This document shows, in pieces, positions 26,308 to 35,994 of a DNA stretch of 40,623 nt (its first letter is position 1; each line of letters opens with the position of its first letter). The stretch spans positions 1 to 40,623 of the IMG/VR virus record IMGVR_UViG_3300037692_000196; one strand, written 5' to 3'. The position numbers were made by a program, and so were the translations under genes. This stretch comes from a virus (Duplodnaviria; Caudoviricetes). The notes beneath the pieces were generated by a model. It saw nothing but the letters and a program-made list of their open reading frames with translations. It searched no databases and was not told the origin of the DNA.

Positions 26308-26966
26308 TGGCCCTTTTCGACGACAGCGGCGATTTCTTCGACTACGGCTCGGAATGGGGAGGAATCGACCCCGCCGATCATGGCTTTTCCGGCCCGTCGG
26401 GGGGAAACGCCGACGACTACTACAACGCTCTCCCCACCGGCCCCGCCGCGGACCCGCGCAACGCGCCGGGCGCAGCGCAACCGGGGTCGCCCGCAGGGGG
26501 GTTTTTCGGAGAAGGGGGGTTTTTTGGCGACCCGACGGGCTATATCGGCCGTAAAGCGAAGTCGCTTGCAAACAACCCGGTATCGACCTTAGTCAACGTC
26601 ATAATGGGAGCAACGCCGCTCGGCATTCCAAATACGATATCCGGCGTTCTTGGAGGGCCTACCGTCGGAAAGGGGGCACAGGCAATCGCCAATTCCATGT
26701 TCACGAAGAAAGAGGAAGGACCGGGCCTTGGCGGGGTTTACGAAAGTGGGGCCGCACCCCCCGCCCCGCCGCCACCCGGATTCTTCGAATCGTCGGATCG
26801 TGGAGAAAACAAGTTCGTCCCGCCCATGCTTCCGCCGGCGCCGTCCATGCTCCCGCAAGCGCCCGTCGTTGCGCCGCCGCCCGCACCGCCGCCCGCTCCC
26901 CCCGTTCAGGGATTCCCGGGCTGGCAGCCGTGGGACCGTCCGTTCTCGCCGAGACTGTGGGGATAG
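26307..26966 (+). CDS. Gly/Pro-rich hypothetical protein
   Basis: TAATG overlap; low complexity with poly-Pro tail. Confidence 0.6.
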   Translation: MALFDDSGDFFDYGSEWGGIDPADHGFSGPSGGNADDYYNALPTGPAADPRNAPGAAQPGSPAGGFFGEGGFFGDPTGYIGRKAKSLANNPVSTLVNVIMGATPLGIPNTISGVLGGPTVGKGAQAIANSMFTKKEEGPGLGGVYESGAAPPAPPPPGFFESSDRGENKFVPPMLPPAPSMLPQAPVVAPPPAPPPAPPVQGFPGWQPWDRPFSPRLWG

Positions 26967-26967
26967 A

Positions 26968-27597
26968 ATGGCAATCACCAAGTGCAGCGAACTGAAAACG
27001 GCGCTCGCAAACTGGACGACCCGGGACGACCTGACCTCGCGGATACCGGAATTCATCGCGCTGGCCGAAGATCGCATCTATCAGGATACGCGCATTCGTG
27101 TGCGGGCGATGGAAACGACCAGCGCCTCGTTCACGGTGGACTCGCGGACGGAAACCCTGCCGACCGGGTTTTTGGGAATCCGCTCCGTCTACCTGAACAC
27201 GACCCCGAAGGCCGTGCTGCAATTGATGACGCCACACAGGTTTTGGGAATCTTACGGAGGAAGCACGACCGGACAACCGGAAGCCTTCACCGTCGAAGGC
27301 GAGAATATCGTGTTCGGCCCCGCCCCGTCTGGTTCCTACACGGCGACGATAAACTACTACAAGCGCCTTACCGCCCTGTCCGCCGACGACGACACCAACT
27401 GGTTCCTCACCAACGCAAGGGGCCTCTACCTCTACGGCGCCTTGATCGAACTCAACACGTTCATCGGCGACGACGCGGAAGTCTTCAAGTACGCAACCCT
27501 GTTCGACGACCTCGCGGACAAAGTGGAGAAGGCCGACCGAATGGACAGGTTTTCGGGGGCTCCCCTGGTTGCAAGGACGGGAGTAACCGGGCCATGA
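26968..27597 (+). CDS. Head-tail adaptor protein
   Basis: ELKTALANWTTRDDLTSRIPEFIALAE...TNWFLTNARGLYLYGAL. Confidence 0.85.
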   Translation: MAITKCSELKTALANWTTRDDLTSRIPEFIALAEDRIYQDTRIRVRAMETTSASFTVDSRTETLPTGFLGIRSVYLNTTPKAVLQLMTPHRFWESYGGSTTGQPEAFTVEGENIVFGPAPSGSYTATINYYKRLTALSADDDTNWFLTNARGLYLYGALIELNTFIGDDAEVFKYATLFDDLADKVEKADRMDRFSGAPLVARTGVTGP

Positions 27598-29114
27598 TGC
27601 TGTCGCAAAGGCTCCAGACCCGGATTCGAAGCTACCCGCCGAAGATCGTCCCGTTCGCCGGCTGGACGCCGGATCGGCCGCCGTTCGGCAGCGAAGGCGC
27701 GACGGTGGCAACCAACGTGTTTGCATCCGAAAGCGGATTCAGGCCGCTCCCCGCGCTCAATCCGTTCTCGGATGCCCTGGACGCGCGCCCGCAAGGCGCG
27801 GCGGCCGGAAAGGATTCGGCGGGCAATATCTCCTTCTTCGCGGGGGACGCCTCCAAGCTCTACAGTCTCGTGAACAATTCGTTCGCGGACGTTTCGAAAT
27901 CCGGCGGATATTCGACCTCAGACGACGGCACATGGGAGTTTGCGCAATTTGGCTCCCGCGTGATCGCCACGAATTTCGACGACGCCGTTCAATCCTACAC
28001 GCTCGGGACCAGTAGCGCCTTCGCCGATCTCTTTACGTCCACCAACAAACCCAAGGCGCGGCATGGCGACGTGGTTCTCGACTTCTACATGATGGGAAAC
28101 ACGTCGGATACGACGGATGGAGCGGTTCCCAACCGGGTATGGTGGACGGCGCTCAACAACGTGCTGGACGCCGACCCGTCCGCTTCAACTCAGGCCGACT
28201 ATCAGGACATTCCGGACGGCGGATGGGTGCAGCGCATTCTCGGCGGCTTCCAATACGCCCTGGTGTTCCTGGAAACCCAGGTTCAGAGACTCTACTATGT
28301 CGGCTCCCCGTTGATCTTCGACCGCGATCCCATTGATCGCCAGCGCGGAACGTTCATCCCGAATTCGGTAATCGGCTACGGAGCCCTCGCGGGGTTCATT
28401 TCCGAAGAGGGCTTCATGGCAACGGCGGGCGGGGAAGCGCAGGCCATCGGCAACAACGCGGTCGACCGCGAGTTTCTGAACCAATTCGACAGGGCGCACA
28501 TCGCGCGGGTATCGAGCGCCTACGACCCGGTTTCCAAGGTCATGCTGTGGGCATTCCCCGGAACGGGACACACGGCCGGACAGCCGAACGTCATCTTCCT
28601 CGTGCATCTCCCGACGATGCGGTGGTCGAAAGCCGAGGTCAACGTGGAGTTGATCCTGCGCACCATGCAACAAGGATATACGCTGGATGGGCTGGACGCC
28701 GTATCCACCGACCTGGACGCCTTGGCGTTTTCCTTGGATTCACGGGCTTGGACGGCAGGCAATATCAAAATGGGGGCCTTTTCCACGCTCTACAAACTCG
28801 GGTTCTTCGACGGCAGCAACCTTGCCGCGACAATCGAAACCGCGGATTACCAGCCCAACCCGGCGGGCCGTTCCCGGGTGTTCATGACCCGGCCCCTGGT
28901 GGACGGCGGAACGCCGACATCGGCAGTGGCGTCGCGAGACAAGCTGACGGATACCGCGACGTTCGGCTCCGCCGCCACCATGAATTTGAACGGCTCCTGC
29001 ACCCTGCTGTCCGAAGGCCGATACCACCGGGCGAGGGTGACCGTCCCGGCGGCTTCGACCTGGACCCACGCCCAGGGCGTCGAGATGCACGCCCGCGAAG
29101 CGGGAGGGCGGTAA
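27594..29114 (+). CDS. Tail nozzle / DNA stabilisation protein
   Basis: ~500 aa beta-rich protein after the adaptor; WTPDRP, WEFAQFG, ADYQDIPDGG. Confidence 0.8.
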   Translation: MMLSQRLQTRIRSYPPKIVPFAGWTPDRPPFGSEGATVATNVFASESGFRPLPALNPFSDALDARPQGAAAGKDSAGNISFFAGDASKLYSLVNNSFADVSKSGGYSTSDDGTWEFAQFGSRVIATNFDDAVQSYTLGTSSAFADLFTSTNKPKARHGDVVLDFYMMGNTSDTTDGAVPNRVWWTALNNVLDADPSASTQADYQDIPDGGWVQRILGGFQYALVFLETQVQRLYYVGSPLIFDRDPIDRQRGTFIPNSVIGYGALAGFISEEGFMATAGGEAQAIGNNAVDREFLNQFDRAHIARVSSAYDPVSKVMLWAFPGTGHTAGQPNVIFLVHLPTMRWSKAEVNVELILRTMQQGYTLDGLDAVSTDLDALAFSLDSRAWTAGNIKMGAFSTLYKLGFFDGSNLAATIETADYQPNPAGRSRVFMTRPLVDGGTPTSAVASRDKLTDTATFGSAATMNLNGSCTLLSEGRYHRARVTVPAASTWTHAQGVEMHAREAGGR

Positions 29115-29464
29115 TGGTGACATCCCCGCGCGCCTCCGCAACAGGCTTTCGCTCCGTCGGGTCGAATTGGCCGGAGCAAGACACGCGCGGCTGGATACGG
29201 CGCATCGCGGAGGTCGTCAGCGGGATCATGGACGGAAAAATCAATGCCACGGGATCGGTAACGCTCGCCGCGAACGCGGCTTCGACGACGATCACGGATC
29301 GACGGATAGGCCCGACCAGCAAGATATTTCTTTCTCCAACCACGGCGAACGCGGCGGCGGCCCTGGCAACAACGTATGTCGTGGCGGGCGACGGGTCCGC
29401 GACTGTTCATCACGTGAACAACGCGCAAACCGACAGGACATTCGGGTATGCCATCCTCGGCTGA
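29114..29464 (+). CDS. Small tail protein (needle/plug-like)
   Basis: GKINATGSVTL...TTITDRRIG...DRTFGYAILG. Confidence 0.65.
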   Translation: MVTSPRASATGFRSVGSNWPEQDTRGWIRRIAEVVSGIMDGKINATGSVTLAANAASTTITDRRIGPTSKIFLSPTTANAAAALATTYVVAGDGSATVHHVNNAQTDRTFGYAILG

Positions 29465-29870
29465 CATCTCTTGGGCGGGCATCCGGGCCGTGGATATCGA
29501 CGCGGTATGGCCGCACGTCGCGCCGATGCTGAAAGCCGTCATGGCGGAAAACGATTACGATCTGCCCGACATCCGCAAACACCTGAAAGAACGCGGAATG
29601 CAGCTTTGGTGCGTGTTCGGGCATGGCATACCCAAGGCGGCTTGCGTGACCGAGGTACTGGGATACCCTAGACGCAAGGTTGCACTTGTGCGATTACTGG
29701 CAGGCGGCGGACTCGATTCATGGCTCGACTTGTTGCCGGAAGTCCTCGAAATATGGGCCAAGGACATGGGCTGTACCAGGTTGAGGATTTCGGGAAGGCG
29801 GGGCTGGCGGCGCAGACTGGAACCCATGGGCTACAGGTTCCTGTGCGAGACAGTTGAAAAGGAATTGTAA
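29448..29870 (+). CDS. GNAT-fold virion assembly protein
   Basis: WAKDMGCTRLRISGRRGWRRRL; typical position before ejection genes. Confidence 0.7.
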   Translation: MPSSADISWAGIRAVDIDAVWPHVAPMLKAVMAENDYDLPDIRKHLKERGMQLWCVFGHGIPKAACVTEVLGYPRRKVALVRLLAGGGLDSWLDLLPEVLEIWAKDMGCTRLRISGRRGWRRRLEPMGYRFLCETVEKEL

Positions 29871-29871
29871 G

Positions 29872-30732
29872 ATGTCCCTCGGCGATAGTGGCGGCGGCCA
29901 GACCGTTCAACAGGTCAAATCCGATCCCTGGTCGGGATTGCAGCCTTACCTGAAACAAGGGTTCCAGCAGGCCGAAACAGACGTTCTCAACCGGCCGCAA
30001 GAGTATTTCCCCGGCTCGTCGGTGGTGCCGTTCTCTCCGCAGACGCAGGCCGCGTTGACGCAAACCGAGAACCGCGCCTTGGCCGGGTCGCCGCTCAATC
30101 AACAGGCCCAGCAGCAAACCATGCAAAACCTGTCCGGAGATTACCTGGCCGGCGGAAACCCGGCCTATGGGGCGATGGTCGAAAGGTCGATTTCGCCGCT
30201 CCGCTCGGAATTCCAGAATGTCGTCATGCCGGGAGTAACGTCGTCCTTCGCGGCGGGAGGCCGGTACGGCTCCCCCGGCGGGATGCAGTCCGCTCAACAG
30301 CGGGCGGGGGATCAGTACATGCGCGCCGTGGGCGACACGTCGGCGGGGCTCGCCTACCAGAACTACGGCGACGAGAGAACCCGCATGATGCAGGCGTCGG
30401 CCTTGGCGCCCGAACTGGCGAATCAGGACTACCAGGATATTTCCATGCTCGGCCAGGTCGGCGGCGCGCGCGAGGCGCAGTCGCAGGCCGAATTGCAGGA
30501 CCAGATGGCCCGGTTCAATTTTGGCCAGCAGGAGCCTACTTCGAGGCTGGCGAACTACATGGCGATGTTGCAAGGCGGCAATCTCGGCGGGACGCAGACC
30601 AACACGACCTACGGCGGCAGCGGCTTCAATCCGGTGCTCGGCGCGCTCGGCGTCGGGGCCGCCGGAACCGGCATCCTGCAAAACCTGTTCGGCGGCGCGA
30701 ACCCGCTGATGAATAACCCGTTCAGAGGGTGA
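29872..30732 (+). CDS. DNA ejection/pilot protein
   Basis: Gln/Gly/Ala-rich; AGGRYGS; C-terminal GALGVGAAG. Confidence 0.75.
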   Translation: MSLGDSGGGQTVQQVKSDPWSGLQPYLKQGFQQAETDVLNRPQEYFPGSSVVPFSPQTQAALTQTENRALAGSPLNQQAQQQTMQNLSGDYLAGGNPAYGAMVERSISPLRSEFQNVVMPGVTSSFAAGGRYGSPGGMQSAQQRAGDQYMRAVGDTSAGLAYQNYGDERTRMMQASALAPELANQDYQDISMLGQVGGAREAQSQAELQDQMARFNFGQQEPTSRLANYMAMLQGGNLGGTQTNTTYGGSGFNPVLGALGVGAAGTGILQNLFGGANPLMNNPFRG

Positions 30733-32270
30733 ACACGATGGCGAGCCTGTTCCCGGACTATCGAAACGTAGGCTTTTTCGACAAGCCCGGAGTGGGGGAC
30801 TCCCTGACCGCGCTCGGCCTGGGACTGCTCGGCATGGCCGTGACGCCCAAGAACCAGCGCGGCGCATTGCTCGGGCCGACCTTGTTGGGGGCATCGCAGG
30901 CGCTGAGCGCCGGAAAACAGCGGGCCATCCAGGAACAATTCCTGGGGCTCGAAATGCAGAAGGCGAAACGATCCGCCAAGCAAATGGAAAAGCGGGACGA
31001 ATTCGCGGAGATGATGCGCGCCTCGTCCGAAGGCGGATACGAGGGAATGCCGGAAAGAGGCGTTCCGTCTCAAGACGCGCTCAAGGGATCGTTCCTTTCG
31101 GCCTATCCCGATGCGGGGGCAAGGCAATACGCAGAGGGCCTGTTCCCGAAGCCGCTTTCCCCGCGCGACGCAGCCTTCGCCGGGCTGATCCCGGAGCAGC
31201 AGCAACAGGTGCTGATGGGGACGGTCCCGAAGCCGGAAACCTTCGGGGCGCCTACCGAAATGATGGTTGCGCCGTATGCCGATCCTCGTCTCGTTCAAAT
31301 GGGCAACCGGGGAACGATGCGGCCTTTGGAAGGCGTGAGGCCCACGAAGAAAGACCAGAAGCGGGAAATCCGGGCGGACCCGAACGGCATTCCCAGGTAC
31401 GTCGATACGGGAGAGCCGGTGTTCACTGGGATCGAGAAGCCGCCGAGCGCGCCGAATACGCGCACGCGGACGGAGGGCGGCGAGACCATTACCGAGGAAT
31501 GGAGGGACGGGAAATGGAACAAGGTTTCCGCGGCGCCCCGGTGGCAGGAACCGCAAAAAACCGGCATCAATTTCAAGCTGCCGAACAATCGTATCGTTCT
31601 CAGCTACGACGGCGGGCGGACCTATGAAGAAGATGGAGAAAGTCGCTCCATGCCCGCCGATGCACTCCGTCTCGGGACGGAAAGCGGGGCGGGAGAGGCC
31701 CGCATTGCCCGAATGGCGCGAACCGCGACAACGGAGTTGGAAAAGGGGATGCCGATTCCGCCAGTCGATACGGCCGAAGCCGCCCGAGGCGGTACCGGAC
31801 CGTGGCGGAGCCTTGCGGCATCCATTGATGCCATTGCGGGCGGCGCCGGAATCGACGCTATTGTTGGAGAGGATGGATTTTTCCCGGAAACCCAGGACAA
31901 CCGACAGGTATTACGGCTCTTGAAGCAAACGGGAAAAGCGGCGCTTATGAACAGTGCGCGGGGGGCAATTTGGGAGCAACAACGCATCGATGAATTGTTC
32001 CCCGATCCCGACGCTTTCTGGCGCAACCCGAGCACCGAGGCGCGCAAGATCGGCCTTTTGCGAAACACGATGATGCAGGAAAATGAATACAACAACCGAC
32101 TTCTCGCGTCCGGCGTCCTCGATCAGGATACGGCAAAAAAACTCATGTTTTCCAACATCGAAATCGACCGCCTAATGAATCTGCTCGGCTCGGCAAAATC
32201 CACGCCGCCGATGCCGGTTCCCGGTACCCAGGGCGGGATTCCTCCGGGATGGACAGTTAAAATCGAATGA
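30729..32270 (+). CDS. Putative internal virion/ejection protein
   Basis: ALGLGLLG N-terminus; size and position. Confidence 0.7.
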   Translation: MNTMASLFPDYRNVGFFDKPGVGDSLTALGLGLLGMAVTPKNQRGALLGPTLLGASQALSAGKQRAIQEQFLGLEMQKAKRSAKQMEKRDEFAEMMRASSEGGYEGMPERGVPSQDALKGSFLSAYPDAGARQYAEGLFPKPLSPRDAAFAGLIPEQQQQVLMGTVPKPETFGAPTEMMVAPYADPRLVQMGNRGTMRPLEGVRPTKKDQKREIRADPNGIPRYVDTGEPVFTGIEKPPSAPNTRTRTEGGETITEEWRDGKWNKVSAAPRWQEPQKTGINFKLPNNRIVLSYDGGRTYEEDGESRSMPADALRLGTESGAGEARIARMARTATTELEKGMPIPPVDTAEAARGGTGPWRSLAASIDAIAGGAGIDAIVGEDGFFPETQDNRQVLRLLKQTGKAALMNSARGAIWEQQRIDELFPDPDAFWRNPSTEARKIGLLRNTMMQENEYNNRLLASGVLDQDTAKKLMFSNIEIDRLMNLLGSAKSTPPMPVPGTQGGIPPGWTVKIE

Positions 32271-34858
32271 CCGAATTCGTGTTCACCAGTCCCGAGGGTC
32301 GAAAGTACCGCATCAGCGGTCCCGAAGGCGCGACCCGGGAACAGGCGTTCAAGATTTTGCAACGGCAACTCGAAGCGGAAACGCCGCCGGACGGCGGCGG
32401 GTTCATGGGGCAGACCAACAAGACGATCGCAAACGTCCTGGGCGCCCCCGTCGATGTGGCCGCGGCGGCTCTTAACTTCATTCCCGGACTGAATATCGAA
32501 AAGCCGTTCGGAGGATCGGAATCCATCAAGGGCGGAATGAGGGGCTTGAACATTCCTATTCCCGAAGGCGAAGCGCGGACCGTTCCTGAATACCTCGGCC
32601 GGGGCGTGGGGGAGGCCGCCGGGATGCTGGTTCCAGGAGCCGGGGCCGTCTCGTTGGCGGCGCGGGGAACGGGCAAGGCGGCGCAAGTCGCGGCGCCATT
32701 GATGGCGAGCATGAGGGCGCACCCGATTCAGACGGCGGTTTCGGAAGTTGCCGCCGGGGTCGGAGCCGGGGCGGGGCGGAAAGTAGGAGATGTAAATCTT
32801 GACAATCCCACGGCGCAATTTCTTGCCGAGTTTGCAGGAGGCGTTGTGGGCGGCGCCGCGCCGTCTGCGCTTGGATATACGATTCCGGCGTTGTTATGGA
32901 AGGGCGGCAAGAAGGTGGCGAGCGTCGCACCGGGAGCCATTGCGCCCTTCACTTCCGCGGGAGCCAAGTCCAGGGCGACGAAACGCCTGCAATCGCTGAC
33001 GGCGGATGTCGAACAGGCGGCGCGCGCCATAGACGAAAGCAAGGGAACCGGCTTGTCCCCCGCGACGGCAACGGGAGAAAAACGTCTCATGGCCTTGGAG
33101 CAAGCCATCCTGGACGCCGATCCCGAGATGGACAGCAAATTTATCCAACAGGCCGTCGCCGCTGCCGACAATTTGCGCGCGCAGTTGGGATTCGAGGGTT
33201 CCATAGACGACACCCGCCGGTTCATAGGAGATCGGGTCAAGAACCTGATGGCGCGAACCAATGAGCGGATCGAAAAGGCGGCGGCGGACGCGCAGAAAAG
33301 GCTGGACGCCCTCGATCCCGCGGAGCGCCTCACCGTCGAATCGGAAGTCGTGAGAGAGGAAATCGACAAAGCCTTCGGTGCCGAACGTGCCGTGGAGAAA
33401 AACCTTTGGGATTCCGTGGCAAAGGATACGCCGGTTCAACCCTTGTCCGCGACGAAGAAATACGAGGAGATCGTTGCGGCGCTTCCGACGGCGCAAAGAG
33501 AGGATATCCCGGCGATCGCCAATCGGCTGCTGAATCGCAAGAGCAATAGTTTTTTGGGAGAGGAATCGACGATCAACGAAGTGTGGGGGCTGCGATCCAA
33601 ATTGCTGGAAGAAGGAAGGCTCGCGCGATCCCGCCAGCAGTTCAACAGGGCGCACATCGCTGGCGACCTGGCCGATTCCCTGCTGGACGATCTTACGCGG
33701 TTGACCGGGCAGGCGGGAACCGATCTTCAGGATGCCTTGGCCTTTTCCCGCCAACTCAAGGAAAAATTTCATCAGGGCACAGTCGGTCGGATTCTCGATT
33801 ACCAGAGTTCCGGCGGATATACGATCCCGCCGGCCAACACCTTGGATGCGACGATGGGGCGCGGCGGCCCGCGCGGCGCGGTGGCGGCCCAAGAGATCAT
33901 GGCCGCCGGTCCCGGCGCGCAGGCCCCGATGGAGAGATACGTGACGCGCCAATTCGTGGACGCGGCAACCGACCCGTCCGGCAACATCGTTCCAACGAAA
34001 GCACGGGACTGGCTGGACAGGAACGAAGATATCTTCGATCAATTCCCGGATTTGCGGCAGCGTCTCGATGCCGCCGTGGAGGCACGCGATGTCTCTCAAC
34101 TCAGGACGGGTACCGGCGAAGCAAGGATGGCGGCAATTGCAGACCCGAAGCGGTCTGCCGCCGCGACGTTCCTCGATGCCTCCCCCGGCGAGGAAGTTGC
34201 CAGAGTATTCAAGTCCCCGGACCCGGCGGCCTTGTCCGAACAGCTACGCCGACAGGTTTCCAAGGACACGAGCGGGAAAGCTCTGGCTGGCCTTAAAAGC
34301 TCTTATTCTGATTACCTCATAGAAGCGTCGCGCAAAGGCGTTGTGGGGGAAACCGGGGAACGTGAGATTTCCGGCCGCGCCATGCTGAAACTGCTGCACG
34401 ACAAGAAAACGCGGGGTGCCTTCACGGCGATCTACACGCCCCAGGAAATGCAACGCATAGAGAAAATCGCAACCACGTTCGTAAACTTGGAAACCCGTCG
34501 CGGAAAGCTGCCTTCCGTGGGGAAACCGATGGAGGATATTCCAGGGAGCCTGCTTCATGTTGCAGCGTATTTGGCGGGCGCGAAGGCCGGGCGCGCAATG
34601 AATACGAACACCGTTCAAGTACCTGGACGAATGGCCGCCAAATTCCAGGAGTTTGCGAAGTGGTTGACGAAAGACAGGGCCGGGCAATTGTTGTCGGATG
34701 CGATTCAGGATGAAAATCTGTTTCGCGCCCTGTTGACTTCAACGGCCCCGCAAACTACGCCCAGCGGTATCAAGGCCACCGCCGCCGCATACACGAGATT
34801 GAACGCCTGGTTGGCCGGCGTGGCCGTTGACCGCGCATCGGAAAGGGAACAAAGATGA
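32267..34858 (+). CDS. Large internal virion/ejection protein
   Basis: 863 aa; SPEGRKYRISGPEGATREQA start; Gly/Ala hydrophobic region then helical body. Confidence 0.75.
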   Translation: MTEFVFTSPEGRKYRISGPEGATREQAFKILQRQLEAETPPDGGGFMGQTNKTIANVLGAPVDVAAAALNFIPGLNIEKPFGGSESIKGGMRGLNIPIPEGEARTVPEYLGRGVGEAAGMLVPGAGAVSLAARGTGKAAQVAAPLMASMRAHPIQTAVSEVAAGVGAGAGRKVGDVNLDNPTAQFLAEFAGGVVGGAAPSALGYTIPALLWKGGKKVASVAPGAIAPFTSAGAKSRATKRLQSLTADVEQAARAIDESKGTGLSPATATGEKRLMALEQAILDADPEMDSKFIQQAVAAADNLRAQLGFEGSIDDTRRFIGDRVKNLMARTNERIEKAAADAQKRLDALDPAERLTVESEVVREEIDKAFGAERAVEKNLWDSVAKDTPVQPLSATKKYEEIVAALPTAQREDIPAIANRLLNRKSNSFLGEESTINEVWGLRSKLLEEGRLARSRQQFNRAHIAGDLADSLLDDLTRLTGQAGTDLQDALAFSRQLKEKFHQGTVGRILDYQSSGGYTIPPANTLDATMGRGGPRGAVAAQEIMAAGPGAQAPMERYVTRQFVDAATDPSGNIVPTKARDWLDRNEDIFDQFPDLRQRLDAAVEARDVSQLRTGTGEARMAAIADPKRSAAATFLDASPGEEVARVFKSPDPAALSEQLRRQVSKDTSGKALAGLKSSYSDYLIEASRKGVVGETGEREISGRAMLKLLHDKKTRGAFTAIYTPQEMQRIEKIATTFVNLETRRGKLPSVGKPMEDIPGSLLHVAAYLAGAKAGRAMNTNTVQVPGRMAAKFQEFAKWLTKDRAGQLLSDAIQDENLFRALLTSTAPQTTPSGIKATAAAYTRLNAWLAGVAVDRASEREQR

Positions 34859-35994
34859 AAAAGCATCTGGCCGTAAGCATTCTGGCGCTGGCGACCGCGC
34901 TGTTCGTCATGTATGCGTGGGCGGCGGAAATCAACAGCCTCAACACGACGGACGCGAGCAACACGGCCCGGTTCCCCGAGAACATGGCCCCGTCCGCCGT
35001 GAACGATTCGGCGCGGGCGCTGGAAGGCATTCTCGCCCGCTGGCACAAGGACATCAACGGTTCCCTGACTTCCCTCGGTGCCGCGGACGCCTACACTGTT
35101 TCGGCCAACCAGACCCTCACGGCGTACTATGACGGCCTGACCATCGCCTTTGAGGTCACGGCGGCGAACACCGCCACGGCGACGCTGAACGTCGATAGCG
35201 TCGGCGCCAAGGAAATCAAGAAGTGGCACGACCAGGGACTCGTGTCCGGGGATTTGGAGGCGGGGCAGAAGATCGTCGTCGTCTACGATTCCGACAGCGA
35301 CGTTTGGCAGCTTCTCACCCCGACGGCGGCGGGCGCGACGGCGAACGTTATCACCACGCGGGGCGACCTGATCTACGGCAATTCGAGCGCGGCGGCGGCA
35401 AGGCTGGCGATCGGAGCGGCCGACAGGATACTGAGTTCGGACGGCACGGACGTTTCCTGGGTTGCCGGGCCGATCGGCAAGCATACAGTTTGGGTGCCTT
35501 CGGGAGCCATGCGGCCGACGGTATCCAACGGCGCGGCGTCCCTTGCCGATGCAGAGACGACCGCCGGCAGGCCCGACCTGAACGTGCTCGACTTCGACGC
35601 CAGTTCCGACGAACACGCTCAATTCTCTATCGCCATGCCGGACAACTGGAATGAGTCCACAGTTACTTTCCAGGCCCATTGGACGGCCTCGGCGGCGGTG
35701 ACAACGGGTGTCGCGTGGTCCCTCCAATGCGTGTCGATTTCCGATGCTTCCTCCATCAGCGCCGCCTACGGAACGGCGATTGCGATAACGGACGATCACG
35801 GCGGGAGTTCGGGCACGCTCGACATCACGGACGAGAGCGCGGCGGTGACGTGCGCGGGAACCCCGGCGTCCGGCGATTTGACGTACTTCCGAATCTTCCG
35901 CGACGTTTCGGATGCCAATGACGACATGACGCAGGATGCCCGCCTTCTCGGGGCAAAACTGTTCTATACCATAGACGCGGCGGTGGACCAGTGA
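34855..35994 (+). CDS. Tail fibre/appendage protein with Sec signal peptide
   Basis: MKKHLAVSILALATALFVMYAWA|AEINS...FPENMAPSAVNDSARAL anchor-like domain; ANTATATLNVDSVGAK; TTRGDLIYG...ARLAIG. Confidence 0.8.
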   Translation: MKKHLAVSILALATALFVMYAWAAEINSLNTTDASNTARFPENMAPSAVNDSARALEGILARWHKDINGSLTSLGAADAYTVSANQTLTAYYDGLTIAFEVTAANTATATLNVDSVGAKEIKKWHDQGLVSGDLEAGQKIVVVYDSDSDVWQLLTPTAAGATANVITTRGDLIYGNSSAAAARLAIGAADRILSSDGTDVSWVAGPIGKHTVWVPSGAMRPTVSNGAASLADAETTAGRPDLNVLDFDASSDEHAQFSIAMPDNWNESTVTFQAHWTASAAVTTGVAWSLQCVSISDASSISAAYGTAIAITDDHGGSSGTLDITDESAAVTCAGTPASGDLTYFRIFRDVSDANDDMTQDARLLGAKLFYTIDAAVDQ

